The translations under genes and the position numbers were made by a program. DNA of 64,000 nt from an uncultured delta proteobacterium (GTDB taxonomy: Bacteria; Myxococcota_A; Polyangia; Polyangiales; Polyangiaceae), in NCBI GenBank assembly GCA_963696385.1, contig CAVOKF010000001.1, positions 160,001-224,000 of the forward strand, read 5' to 3'. Of the stretch, positions 31,796 through 42,044 are shown one piece after another. A model generated the notes under the pieces. That model saw only the letters and a program-made list of their open reading frames with translations. It made no database searches and had not been told where the DNA came from. Within the stretch, counting starts at the first letter, position 1. Each line of letters begins with the position of its first letter.

Positions 31796-31999
31796 TTACG
31801 CCGCCTCGTGAATTGCAGCCCGTTTGCGACGTGACGGCATAGTGGAAAGAAGTGAAGGCATCCAACGTCCAAGCTCGAAGACTTCGATCGCCTGCTTTTG
31901 CCACGGGGTAATGTCGGGCGGGAGCAGCCAGGTCGGGCGACGGCCCATTCCCCCGCCAGTGGCTCTCACCTGCGTTGCCTCAATCTCTGCGAGAGTCTT
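31796..31999 (-). pseudogene. IS1634 transposase C-terminal piece
   Basis: KTLAEIEATQV..ITPWQKQAIEVFEL joins in frame to ..SARAMM after removing the nested element. Confidence 0.85.
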
Positions 32000-32107
32000 C
32001 ATCATCGGTGACCTTGCGGCAACACTGCGGTGAGCGGTCGTGACGCGGAGGCGTGGGTGTAAAATAGAGCTTGCGTTCTAAAAAATGACGCGATACGGAT
32101 CGCGCCC

Positions 32108-32983
32108 ATGGAGGCATTGCTTCGATATCGAGGACGCGAGGTGCGCGCCGGCGACGTGGCGTTTCTGCGAGAGCTGATCGCCGCGAGTCCGGGGACCAGT
32201 CGCCGAGCGTTGTCGTTCAAGGTTTGTGAGGCGTGGGGTTGGGCGCAACCCAACGGGACGTTGTGCGATGCGGTCTGTCGCGGGCTGATGCTGCGATTGC
32301 ACCGGGAAGGCCACGTGGAGCTGCCGCCGGCGCGATGGCGGAGTCAGCAGCCGCGTCGGCACGCGGTCGTGGATCATGTGGATGTCCCGGCGCGCCCGCT
32401 GGCGGTTCCGCTCGCGGAGCTCGGTCCCCTGGACATTCGGCAGGTTCGACGCACGCCCGAGGAGTCGCTGGTCAAGTCGCTGGTCCAGCAGCATCACTAT
32501 CTGGGGTACACGCATCCGGTCGGCGAGCACCTCAAGTACCTGGTATCGGCGGCCGGACAGCCGATCGCGTGTTTCTGCTGGTCGTCGGCCGCGCGGCATC
32601 TGGGGCCTCGGGATCGCTACATCGGCTGGTCCAAGGAGCAGCGAAGGGCCCATATTCGGTTTGTCGCCTACCAGAGCCGGTTTCTGATTTTGCCGTGGGT
32701 GAAGGTGCCGCATCTGGCGTCGCATCTGCTCGGCGCCATTTCGCGCCGGCTTTCGGACGACTGGCAGCGAGTCTACCGGCATCCGATCTACTTCACCGAA
32801 ACGTTCGTCGATCCGGATCGTTTTCGTGGCACCTGCTACCGCGCGGCCAACTGGACCGTTTTGGGCATCACGACCGGCCGCGGAAAAGACGACCAGACGC
32901 ATGCCGCGAATCGTTCCCTCAAACAGCTGTTCGGATATCCGCTGGTCGGCGACTTCCGAAAACGCCTGCTCGGTGGGTACTGA
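32108..32983 (+). CDS. DUF4338 (DruA-like) domain protein
   Basis: SRRALS..CEAWGW.QPNG, HHYLGY, RDRYIGW, RFLILPWV..PHLASHLL, ETFVDP.RFRGTCYRAANW. Confidence 0.85.
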   Translation: MEALLRYRGREVRAGDVAFLRELIAASPGTSRRALSFKVCEAWGWAQPNGTLCDAVCRGLMLRLHREGHVELPPARWRSQQPRRHAVVDHVDVPARPLAVPLAELGPLDIRQVRRTPEESLVKSLVQQHHYLGYTHPVGEHLKYLVSAAGQPIACFCWSSAARHLGPRDRYIGWSKEQRRAHIRFVAYQSRFLILPWVKVPHLASHLLGAISRRLSDDWQRVYRHPIYFTETFVDPDRFRGTCYRAANWTVLGITTGRGKDDQTHAANRSLKQLFGYPLVGDFRKRLLGGY

Positions 32984-32984
32984 C

Positions 32985-34709
32985 GTGGATCGCACGCCCG
33001 TCCGTGACGTCGACCTGAACGACCTGCCGCCGATGCTGGAGCGCATCCGGGCGGTCGTCTGTGACGACGACTACCACCTCATCGAAGCGCTTGCGACGAC
33101 CGTGATCGAGATGACCCGCGAGCTGCGCAAGACCCACGCCACGCTGACGCGGGTGCGGCGCCTCTTCGGACTCACGGGCAATGAGAAGACCGCTCACATC
33201 AAGGCCGACGTGGCCAACCCTGCGTCGCAGACGGCCCATCCGGCGGTCGAGCCGCAAGACGCGCCCGCGAGCGATCCCAGCGCCACCCCCGCGGCCGCGG
33301 CGAATGCGCCGGAGCCATCGGCGCCCCCCACGAAAGAAAAGCGCAAGGGTCACGGACGCGTGCCCGCCTCCGCCTATCGCGCGGCGCAGCACGTCACCGT
33401 GGATCACGAGTCGCTGCGGCGGGGAGACTCGTGCCCGCTCTGCACACAAGGCCGTGTCTACGAGCTGGCCGCCCCCGCGACCCTCGTTCGGATCGTCGGG
33501 CGGGCTCCGCTGGGGGCCGCCTGCTTTCACTGCAAGCAGCTTCGCTGCGGCGCCTGCGGCCACGTGTTCACCGCTCGTCCGCCGCCCGAGGCCCAGGGAG
33601 AAAAGTGCGACGAGTCCGCCAGCAGCATGATCGCCGTGATGCACTACGGAGCGGGCGTTCCCTTCCATCGACTCGAGAAGCTGCAGGACAATCTCGGTAC
33701 GCCCGTCCCTGCGTCGACCCAGTGGGATGTCCTGCGCGACCGCGTCGATCGGGTCGAGCCGGTCTACAAGGAGCTCAAGCGCATCGCCGCCCAGGCCGAG
33801 CTCTTGCACGTCGACGATAGCCACATGCGCATCTTGAGCCTCATGGGCAAGCGCCGCGCCGACTTGCTCGCGAAAGGAACACTCGAGGCCCCCGAGCGCA
33901 CAGGCTTGTTCACGACCGCCATCGTCTCGATCATCGCGTCACTCGGCGTCATCGCGCTATTTTTCACGGGGCGAAAGCATGCGGGAGAAAACCTCGCCGA
34001 GCTGCTGAAACAACGAGCCCCAGACCGGCCTGTCCCTCTGCTCATGAGTGATGCCCTTTCGCGCAACGTCCCCGACGGCCATGACGTCATCGAGATCAAT
34101 TGCATCTCCCACGGGCGACGCAAGGTCGTCGACGAGGTCGCCAACTACCCCGACGAGTGCCTCGCGCTTCTCGAGCGGCTCGCGGCGGTTTACAAGGTCG
34201 ACCACGACTGCAAAAAGCAAGGCCTCTCGGACGACGAGCGATTACGGGTGCACCAGCGACTCAGCGCGCCCGTCATGGGGGATCTGCAGAAGTGGATGAC
34301 CGCTCAGCTCGACGAAAAGCGCATCGAGCCCCACTCCGACCTCGGGCAGGCCTTCCACTATTTCCTCAAACGGTGGGACAAATTCACGGTTTTTCTCCGT
34401 GTTCCGGGAGCCCCGCTCGACAATAACCTGTGCGAGCGTGTCCTCAAGATGGCGATTCGGTTGAGAAACGTGTCGTTCTTTTACAGAAGCGAGCTCGGTG
34501 CGCGCGTCGGCGACATCTATATGACCCTCATCCACACCGCCGAGCTGCACCACCAAAATCCCTTCGATTACCTCACCGCGCTGCAACGCCATTCCAAGGC
34601 CGTCGCCGAGGCTCCCGGCGACTGGCTCCCCTGGAACTACAAGGCCACCCTCGCACGGCGCGGCGCCTCGCCGAGCGGCGGCGGCGACGATACGCGTGCC
34701 GCCGCCTAG
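32985..34709 (+). CDS. IS66 transposase TnpC
   Basis: RKGHGR, CPLC/CGAC zinc finger, LHVDDS, MSDAL, CISHGRRK, PLDNNLCER; GTG start inferred. Confidence 0.9.
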   Translation: MDRTPVRDVDLNDLPPMLERIRAVVCDDDYHLIEALATTVIEMTRELRKTHATLTRVRRLFGLTGNEKTAHIKADVANPASQTAHPAVEPQDAPASDPSATPAAAANAPEPSAPPTKEKRKGHGRVPASAYRAAQHVTVDHESLRRGDSCPLCTQGRVYELAAPATLVRIVGRAPLGAACFHCKQLRCGACGHVFTARPPPEAQGEKCDESASSMIAVMHYGAGVPFHRLEKLQDNLGTPVPASTQWDVLRDRVDRVEPVYKELKRIAAQAELLHVDDSHMRILSLMGKRRADLLAKGTLEAPERTGLFTTAIVSIIASLGVIALFFTGRKHAGENLAELLKQRAPDRPVPLLMSDALSRNVPDGHDVIEINCISHGRRKVVDEVANYPDECLALLERLAAVYKVDHDCKKQGLSDDERLRVHQRLSAPVMGDLQKWMTAQLDEKRIEPHSDLGQAFHYFLKRWDKFTVFLRVPGAPLDNNLCERVLKMAIRLRNVSFFYRSELGARVGDIYMTLIHTAELHHQNPFDYLTALQRHSKAVAEAPGDWLPWNYKATLARRGASPSGGGDDTRAAA

Positions 34710-34730
34710 ACGGCGATGAGCGCGGCCGGC

Positions 34731-35108
34731 TTACGCCGCCGCGACGTCCGGCGTCACGGAACGCCACGGGCTCGCCGCCTGCGTCGCCTCCGGATTGCCA
34801 CCCATCAGCAGCACCTGCACTTGGTGCGCCAGCAGCTGGCGAGTCTTCTCGTCGCCAGCGCCGCTTCGTGGCCAATGTGCAAATCGACCCTGCGACAAAC
34901 GCTTTTGGCAGAGCCAGAATCCCTGCCCATCATACGCCAAAATCTTAATCGCGGTCCCCCGACGACTTCGAAATACGAACACTGCTCCCGAAAACGGATC
35001 GCTCGACAAGATCTGCCGGCACACCCGGCACATCCCGTCGATCCCCCGCCGAAAGTCCACCGGCTCCACCGCAACCAGAATCCGCATCTGCGGCGTGAGC
35101 TGGATCAT
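34731..35108 (-). CDS. IS66 accessory protein TnpB (OrfB)
   Basis: PVDFRRGIDG..DPFSGAVFVFRSRR..IKILAYDGQGFWLCQKRL..GRF. Confidence 0.92.
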   Translation of the reverse strand: MIQLTPQMRILVAVEPVDFRRGIDGMCRVCRQILSSDPFSGAVFVFRSRRGTAIKILAYDGQGFWLCQKRLSQGRFAHWPRSGAGDEKTRQLLAHQVQVLLMGGNPEATQAASPWRSVTPDVAAA

Positions 35109-35518
35109 CGCTCGCGTCTCCAGAAGGCGTGCGCCAATCCGACCACGTCCAACCCGCTCGCGCCCGTCACCTCCACGCGCAGCCGCTCTCCGCCTCGACC
35201 CTCGAGCTCGATCACCGTCCGGCTCGACCCGTCCGCCGTCCTCGCCGCCGGCATCGCCACTTCGATGAACGACGGCGACGTCGTCTCGATCGCCGAACCC
35301 GTCGACGCTTGGCTCATCCGGTCCTTCAGCCCTTGGTAATTCAAACGCGTCGCCCGCGACGTCGCCCACACCCCTTCGCGGCGAGCCACCTCGATCGCCG
35401 CGTTCCACAGCTCCTGCGGCACCCTCGACCGCTTGCCTCCGCATCCGGCTCGCCACCGCTCTATCCGCCCGCGCAGACTTTCTAGAGCGCCCGTTGCCCC
35501 GATACTCGTTCGATTCAT
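35105..35518 (-). CDS. IS66 accessory protein TnpA-like
   Basis: RVPQELWNAA HTH-like region, PSFIEV motif; ATGA-coupled to tnpB. Confidence 0.75.
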   Translation of the reverse strand: MNRTSIGATGALESLRGRIERWRAGCGGKRSRVPQELWNAAIEVARREGVWATSRATRLNYQGLKDRMSQASTGSAIETTSPSFIEVAMPAARTADGSSRTVIELEGRGGERLRVEVTGASGLDVVGLAHAFWRRER

Positions 35519-35679
35519 CAGGTCTTCCTCCTGACCGCGACGCTGCCCGAGTCACGCGTCGACTTCACGCACTGTTGCCGAATGCCACCGCCGCCCGCCG
35601 CGACCCGCCCCTCTCGCACGCCCCCCCCGCCAGACCCCCCCCTCGTACTCCCCGCCCCGCAGCCGTGCCGCAAGGACAC

Positions 35680-37206
35680 CATCATCGCTCGCGCTGACTT
35701 CGTCGTGCCCATCGCGATCCGGGCAAGGCTAACGAGCGTCAGGCCGAGCACGGTCGCAAACGTGTGCAGGCGCAGGGAGGTGTCGGCCCATTGGTGCGAG
35801 GGTCCCCAGGGAACCACGCCGCCCTTCTTCGATCGGCGGAAGACCTCCTCGACGCACCATTGACCGCGGCAAGCGGTCACAATCCGTTCATTGGACCAGC
35901 TGTGTCTGTCGGTGCAGAGCACCCGTTTGCCGAGGCGTGTTCGCTCGAGCTCGCGTCGTCGGATGGGGTCGACGCTCCACTGCAACGTTGGGGCGTCCTC
36001 GGTGCCGCCGACGTGGGTGACCACGAAGGATGTGAGGTGTTCACGTCGAAGCGTTTTGGCGATACGGGCCTGCAGAGCGTCTCGTCGGATGCGCCCAGCA
36101 GTTACGCGTCGCTCGAGTTTCGCCAACTCGACTTTCGCCTTCTTCAAGGCCGCTGCGATTCCGCGCTTCTGCCCGGCGAGAAGTTCCTGGCTGTCGACCA
36201 CAACCAGCGTTCGGTCAAGATCGCCGACAGACGTGCGAAGACGTGCGGCGCGCACGTGACGGAGTCGGCCTGACAGAGGCTTCATCGCTCCGCGGCCCGC
36301 TGCTTCTGCGAGCGCCTTCTCAGCGGCCTTCGTGCCGAGCGGCAATGACACGAGCGTGTAGTAGCCAGCAACATCGAGATTCAGCTCCGTCTGCTCGCCC
36401 CAGGAGCCACCATCGCGCACGATCGTTCGCTCTCCCGGTTGCTTGCGTTCCTCGGCCGCGTCCAAAGCATCGTGGAGCCGTGCCAGTCCACCGAGGCAGT
36501 CTTCCAGAACCGTATGGTCGGATGCATTGCCAGCATACGTCCGGTGAAGCAACGGGACGTGTCCAGTCTCGGTCACGAGTACACCAAGACCCACTACGCG
36601 GAGGTCAGCGCGTTTGCTTTTTGCGTGCCCGCGACGCGCCAGATCTCCCTCGGTTGTTGTGGCGATGTACGTGTCAAAATTCGTCGTGTCGAACGCGAGC
36701 ACATTCGTGCCGAGGTCGAACTTCGACACTGCGGCCCGGGCCAACTCGATCTGCGCCGTCTCCAGCTGCGCGTCAGTCGCCGTCGCTGCAAGGCGATGGA
36801 ATTCCTGTCCGGTGAACGACTTCGCAGAAAGGCAGGACACCCGCGGGATCGCATCCGACAAGAATGCGCTCAGGTGGCACTTCGCGGCGGGTGAACACGC
36901 TCGCTGCACGGCAACCGCGAGCACCATTTCACCAAGGCTCACGCTCTTCGCTCCTCCACTCCAGCCGCACGCACGATTGAGCGTGCCGACGACGTCTAAC
37001 TGCTCCGCCACCCAGACCAGAGCCCCAACGTCGCCGATAGGACGTCGGCCCACCGTCCGCAGCTGTGCGAGCTTCACGCTCACGGGCATCTCCGCCGGTC
37101 CAAGGATGGCCTGCCGAGAATACGACTGCCCGGCGGCTGCGTCCCAGACCGCTTGCGCAGCGATGCGGTAACGGTTGCCATTGACGAGCTTCTCCGTGAA
37201 GTGCAT
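35680..37206 (-). pseudogene. IS1634 family transposase, N-terminal 509 codons
   Basis: LAFDTTNFDTYI, RRGHAKSKRADLR, YAGNASD, IVRDGG, QWCVEEVFR. Confidence 0.85.
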
Positions 37207-37404
37207 TTCTTTCCACTATCCCGTGTCGCCAGCGATGGAAAGAGAAAACGCCGCAAACGTAAGCCTCCCGTGACGGCAATGCCTCGCTCCGCGTCGCGAT
37301 TTTGCGAAAGTAGGGCTAGAGCGTACGGGAATAGGCGTCGCGCGCTTTCGCAACAGCCTATAACTAAAGCGCTCGGCCACCTCTGCCAGCGCTAGGCAGT
37401 GACG

Positions 37405-37419
37405 CGGCAGGACATTTGC
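37405..37419 (+). promoter_or_regulatory. Putative sigma54 promoter
   Basis: CGGCAGGACATTTGC; near-identical copy at 43098-43112. Confidence 0.6.
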
Positions 37420-37432
37420 ACTGCACGATCGC

Positions 37433-37534
37433 ATGAAGATCTCGATGACGCTCGGTGCTTGTTCCATCCTCGGCCTGGCCGCCTGCGGCGGAGCGGTGCA
37501 CGATCGCCGCGTCGACGTGACGTTGGCCCAGTGA
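37433..37534 (+). pseudogene. Internally deleted OmpA-like lipoprotein (33 aa)
   Basis: MKISMTLGACSILGLAACGGAVHDRRVDVTLAQ: signal peptide fused to the last OmpA residues. Confidence 0.7.
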
Positions 37535-37914
37535 AGCGAAAAGTCATCCTCGTCGTGGACGACGACGAGCAAACGCGAGCGGCGCTCGACATCGTTCTCT
37601 CTCCTCATTACTGCATGAGGTTCGCGGTGGATGGGGTCGATGGATATTTGAGGGCCAATGATCTGCCAGGGCCCGATCTGATCATTGCCGATGTAGCGAT
37701 GCCCAACCTCGATGGCTTGGCGATGGTCCGGCGCATTCGCGACAATCACGCGCTCGGCAGCCTGCCCGTCCTGTTTCTGACCGGGCAGGTTTCGCGGGCG
37801 GTCGTGGCCGAAAGGATCGGGCTGTCCGGCGGTGCATTCGCCTACCTTTGGAAGCCAACCGACTCCGGGCTACTGCAGAAGAAGGTCCGAAGCTTGCTCT
37901 GGGCCTAGGTGCGG
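37495..37914 (+). repeat. ~420-bp direct repeat, copy 1 (copy 2 at 43270-43689)
   Basis: Identical by eye except 2 nt before the stop codon; offset 5775 bp. Confidence 0.92.
37531..37908 (+). CDS. Single-domain response regulator (receiver), copy 1
   Basis: ILVVDDD, PDLIIADVAMPNLDG, FLTG, KP. Confidence 0.85.
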   Translation: MKRKVILVVDDDEQTRAALDIVLSPHYCMRFAVDGVDGYLRANDLPGPDLIIADVAMPNLDGLAMVRRIRDNHALGSLPVLFLTGQVSRAVVAERIGLSGGAFAYLWKPTDSGLLQKKVRSLLWA

Positions 37915-38208
37915 CAGGGGAGGGGCGGAAGGTTCACAGGCTCCAATTCTGGGGCGCATCGCCACGCGGGGACGAAACGGCCGATCGGGCAACCCCGTTG
38001 GTACCTTGCGAATCCACACCGCAGTTTGCTCGCTGCGTGTCCGCTTCGGCGACGTGTCGCAGACAGGTCTCCCGTCGAGCCCGCGGTCGACGACGCACGG
38101 CGATCGTCGACCGGACTCGGTCGGGATCGGGGCCTTAAACGCTTGCGATGAGCCATTCGCCTAGCGGATACGATCGGCTGTGCGGCTTCGCGCTCCCGGT
38201 GGGTTGAA

Positions 38209-38223
38209 TGGCACGGACCGTGC
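38209..38223 (+). promoter_or_regulatory. Putative sigma54 promoter for tal-pgi
   Basis: TGGCACGGACCGTGC. Confidence 0.6.
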
Positions 38224-38249
38224 GATCGGACTGCCATGAGGAGGCCTCC

Positions 38250-41100
38250 GTGGATGTAAAAGAGCTTCATGAAAAATACGGCCAATCGGTCTGGCTCGAC
38301 GACATGCGGCGCCACCGTCTGCAAAGCGGCGATTTTTCGCGGATGGTGCAGAACGATGGCATCCGCGGCGCGACCTCGAATCCCTCCATCTTCGAGAAGG
38401 CCATCGCGGGCAGCACCGACTATGGCCCGGCCCTCGAGCGCTACGAAAAGCGCAAAGACGCGACTGCGTCGGCCATCTACGAACACTTGGCCATCCAAGA
38501 CATTCAGCAAGCGGCCGACCTTCTCCGTCCTGTGTACGAGCAGTCCGAGCGACGCGACGGCTACGTCAGCATGGAGGTCTCTCCCTACCTCGCGCACGAC
38601 ACCCAGGCGACGCTCGACGAGGCGACCCGCCTGTGGAGGACCGTGCGTCGCGACAACCTGATGATCAAGATTCCGGCGACGCCCGAGGGGGTTCCGGTGA
38701 TCCGAACGCTCATCGGCCAGGGAATCAACGTCAACGCGACCCTCCTGTTCTCGCGCGCCGTGTGTCGGCAGGTGGCTGAGGCGTATATGGACGGCCTCGA
38801 CGCATGGAGTGCGGCCGGCGGAGATTTCACACGCGTCGCGAGCGTCGCGAGCCTGTTCGTCAGTCGCCTGGACGTTCTCGTGGATCCGATGTTGGAGGCG
38901 GGGGCTACGGCGATGTCCGGCGCGCGGCAGGGGCCCCTGCCAAACCTCGTTGGCAAGGTGGCTATCGCCAATGCCAAGCTCGCTTACCAGGACTGGAAAG
39001 ATATGTGCCAGAGCCCGCGCTGGCAGGCGCTCGCCGCCCGTGGGGCCCGCTCACAGCGCCTCTTGTGGGCCAGTACGAGCACCAAGGACCCCCGTTGGAG
39101 CGATGTCGTCTATGTCGAGTCGCTCATCGGCCCGGATACCGTGGACACGATTGCACCCGCGACGCTCGACGCGTTTCGCGACCACGGCAAGGCGTCGAAT
39201 CGCCTCGAGGAAAACGTCGACGACGCGCGGCAGGTCTTGGCCACGCTCGCGCGCTCCGGCATCTCGATCGACGATCTGACCGCGCGCCTTCTCGACGAGG
39301 GCGTCCGACAATTCTCGGCGGCGTTCGACACGCTGCTGGCAGCCATCGAGGCCAAGCGCGACGGTGTGCTGAAGTCGGCCCTCGACCGGATGAGCTACCG
39401 ACTGCCCGCCCCAATCCATGGCAAAGTAAACGAGGCGCTCGACGACTGGCGGGCCACGGGCAAGCAGCGGCGGCTCTGGGCGCGCGACGCGTCCATGTGG
39501 ACTGGCAACGACGAGAGCCGGTGGCTCGACTGGCTCGACATCGTCGAGCGAGAGCAAGCGAGTGTGAGGCGGCTGACGCTGTTCGCCAAAGAAGCCCGGA
39601 CGAAGTTCACGCACGCGGTCGTTTTGGGAATGGGTGGCTCGAGCCTCTGCCCCGATGTCTTGTCGCGCACGTTCGGCCCGATCGTGGGATTTCCCGAGCT
39701 GGGAGTTCTCGACTCGACCGACCCCGCGCAGATCCGGACGATGCAAGCGCGCATCGAGCTACCCAAGACGCTCTTTATCGTCTCGAGCAAGTCGGGCACG
39801 ACACTCGAGCCGAATATCCTCAAGGACTACTTCTACGATTGCCTTTGCCAGACCGTCGGCGAGGACGAGGCGGCCAAGCATTTCATCGTCGTGACCGACC
39901 CAAACTCGGTCCTGCAAGGGCTTGCCGAATCGGAGCACTTCGCACCGGTGTTTTTCGGCGTACGGGGTATCGGCGGGCGATACTCGGCGCTGTCCAACTT
40001 CGGCATGGTGCCCGCCGCGGTCATGGGGCTCGACGTGCCGCGGTTCCTCGAGCGTACGGCGATCATGGTGCACGCGTGCGCGCCGTGCGTGCCGCCCGAG
40101 CAAAACCCAGGTGTCCTGCTCGGCTTGATCCTCGGGACGTCGGGCCCGATCGGGTCGCGACAAAGTCACCCTCATTGCCTCTCCCGGCGTCGCACAGATC
40201 GGAGCGTGGCTCGAACAGCTTCTGGCCGAATCCACCGGCAAGCAGGGCAAGGGCATCATCCCCATCGACCGGGAGCCTCTCGGCAAGCCGGAGGTGTATG
40301 GAGTCGACCGACTGTTCGCCTACCTGAGACTCGACGGTGCGGCGGATCCGCAGCAGGATGCCGCGATCGATGCGCTCGAGAAGGCGGGACAGCCGGTCGT
40401 TCGCATCGCGATCGGCGAGCCCCACGATCTGGGGCAGGAATTCTTTCGATGGGAAGTCGCGGTGGCCGTAGCCGGCGCGATCATCGGCATCGACCCCTTC
40501 AATCAGCCGGATGTCGAAGCCAGCAAGGTGGCGGCGCGCGCCCTGACCGATGCCGTCGACAAGACCGGCACACTGCCGCCCGAGAGCCCGTTCTATCGAG
40601 AAGGTGCGATCCAGTTGTTCGCGGACGAAAAGAACCTCGTCGCTCTCGATCGGGGGGCCGGTTCCGACAAAACGCTGCATGGATACTTGCGAGCCCATCT
40701 GAAGCGCTTGGAGCCGGGCGACTACTTCGCGCTTCTCGCCTACGTCGAACGCGATGACGCGCACGACCGAACACTTCAGACGATTCGGCGCGCCGTCCGA
40801 GATTCGCGCCGCGTGGCCACGTGCGTCGGCTTCGGTCCTCGGTTCCTTCATTCGACCGGACAGGCCTACAAGGGCGGGCCCAATCGTGGCGTGTTTCTTC
40901 AGCTGACGTGCGACGACCTGCACGACCTGCGGGTTCCTGCGCACCGCTACACCTTCGGCACGGTGAAGGCGGCACAGGCGCGGGGTGACTTCCGCGTGCT
41001 CGCGCAGCGTGATCGCCGCGCTTTGCGCGTGCATCTGGGCAACGACGTCGATCATGGCCTCGACATGCTCCGCGAGGCGATCGCCCGGGTGCTCGCGTGA
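38250..41100 (+). pseudogene. Bifunctional transaldolase/phosphoglucose isomerase, frameshifted near 40140-40155
   Basis: GQSVWLD, TSNPSIF, MIKIPAT, RLLWASTS; GMGGSSL, SSKSGTT, GGRYSALS; second frame GRDKVT..EQLLAESTGK..PFNQPDVE. May be a sequencing indel. Confidence 0.88.
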
Positions 41101-41176
41101 TCGCGATGGGTCGCCTCGGCGTCGCGCCGAAGCCGCGTGTCTCGTGCTTCAGCTGCGCTCCCGTCCGGAGAACGAG

Positions 41177-41965
41177 ATGATTCCCAAATGCGTCGTCGGC
41201 AACTGGAAAATGCACAAGACAACCGCGGACGCCCGGCAGCTCGCCCAAGCGGTCGCGAAGGGTGCCGGCGTCGAGGACCGCGTATCGGTCGTTGTCTGTC
41301 CGCCATTTCCGTATCTATCCCTCGTCGGCGACATTTTCAGGGGCAGCCGCATCGCGCTCGGGGCGCAGAACCTCTATCCCGACAAGGAAGGCGCTTACAC
41401 CGGCGAGGTTAGTCCGACGATGCTCCTCGATCTGGGCTGCAAATGCGTGATCCTCGGGCACAGCGAGCGCCGCCACACGCTCGGCGAATCCGATGCATTC
41501 ATCAACCGAAAGGTACTGGCCGCACTGGCCGCCGGTCTCGACGTGATCTTCTGCGTCGGCGAAACGCTGAATGAGCGTGCGGCGCGCGAGACCGAAGGGG
41601 TGCTCGAACGGCAAATCGTCCTCGGTCTGGCGCATCTGCCGCCGCCATCGTTGGCCCGCCTGAGTGTCGCGTACGAACCGGTCTGGGCCATTGGCAGTCC
41701 CGGACACCACGCTTCGCCCGAGCAGGCGGATCAGGCCCACGCCGTCATTCGGCGCTGCTTCGGTCGGCTGTTCGGCGACGAGGCGGCCCGGAAGCTGTCC
41801 GTCCAATACGGTGGCAGCGTCGAGCCGGAAAATGCGGGTGCGTTTCTGAGCCGACCCGGTGTGGACGGCTGTCTCATCGGCGGTGCGAGCCTGCATGCCG
41901 GCCCATTTCTCGCGATCGTGGGAGCCGCCGTCCACGCATCGCAAACCATGAAACAGTCGGCATGA
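41177..41965 (+). CDS. tpiA: Triosephosphate isomerase
   Basis: GNWKM, GHSERR, AYEPVWAIG, YGGSV, IGGASL. Confidence 0.96.
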   Translation: MIPKCVVGNWKMHKTTADARQLAQAVAKGAGVEDRVSVVVCPPFPYLSLVGDIFRGSRIALGAQNLYPDKEGAYTGEVSPTMLLDLGCKCVILGHSERRHTLGESDAFINRKVLAALAAGLDVIFCVGETLNERAARETEGVLERQIVLGLAHLPPPSLARLSVAYEPVWAIGSPGHHASPEQADQAHAVIRRCFGRLFGDEAARKLSVQYGGSVEPENAGAFLSRPGVDGCLIGGASLHAGPFLAIVGAAVHASQTMKQSA

Positions 41966-42044
41966 CAGAGCACGCTCACGGGGACGCGACAGCGGGTGCG
42001 GGAAAACCGCGACGATACGGGTTGGACGAAATCGCGAAAGGAAC

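Larger units (their letters stand above)
32008..35679. mobile_element. IS66-family element with DUF4338 gene and convergent tnpA-tnpB / tnpC, 8-bp TSD CATCATCG
   Basis: IRs GTGACCTTGCGGCAACACTGCGG vs GTGTCCTTGCGGCACGGCTGCGG (19/23); TSD at 32000-32007 and 35680-35687. Confidence 0.92.
31765..37315 (-). mobile_element. IS1634-like element (CTAG flanks) containing a nested IS66-type element
   Basis: Perfect inverted repeat CTAGCCCTACTTTCGCA (31761-31777) / TGCGAAAGTAGGGCTAG (37303-37319). Confidence 0.85.

Noticed and set aside
32108..32983. Complete Druantia defence system
   Set aside because: No DruE helicase or other dru genes; DUF4338 lies inside IS ends.
34731..35108. TnpB as RNA-guided nuclease
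   Set aside because: It is the ~125-aa IS66 OrfB, unrelated to IS200/IS605 TnpB; no RuvC motifs.
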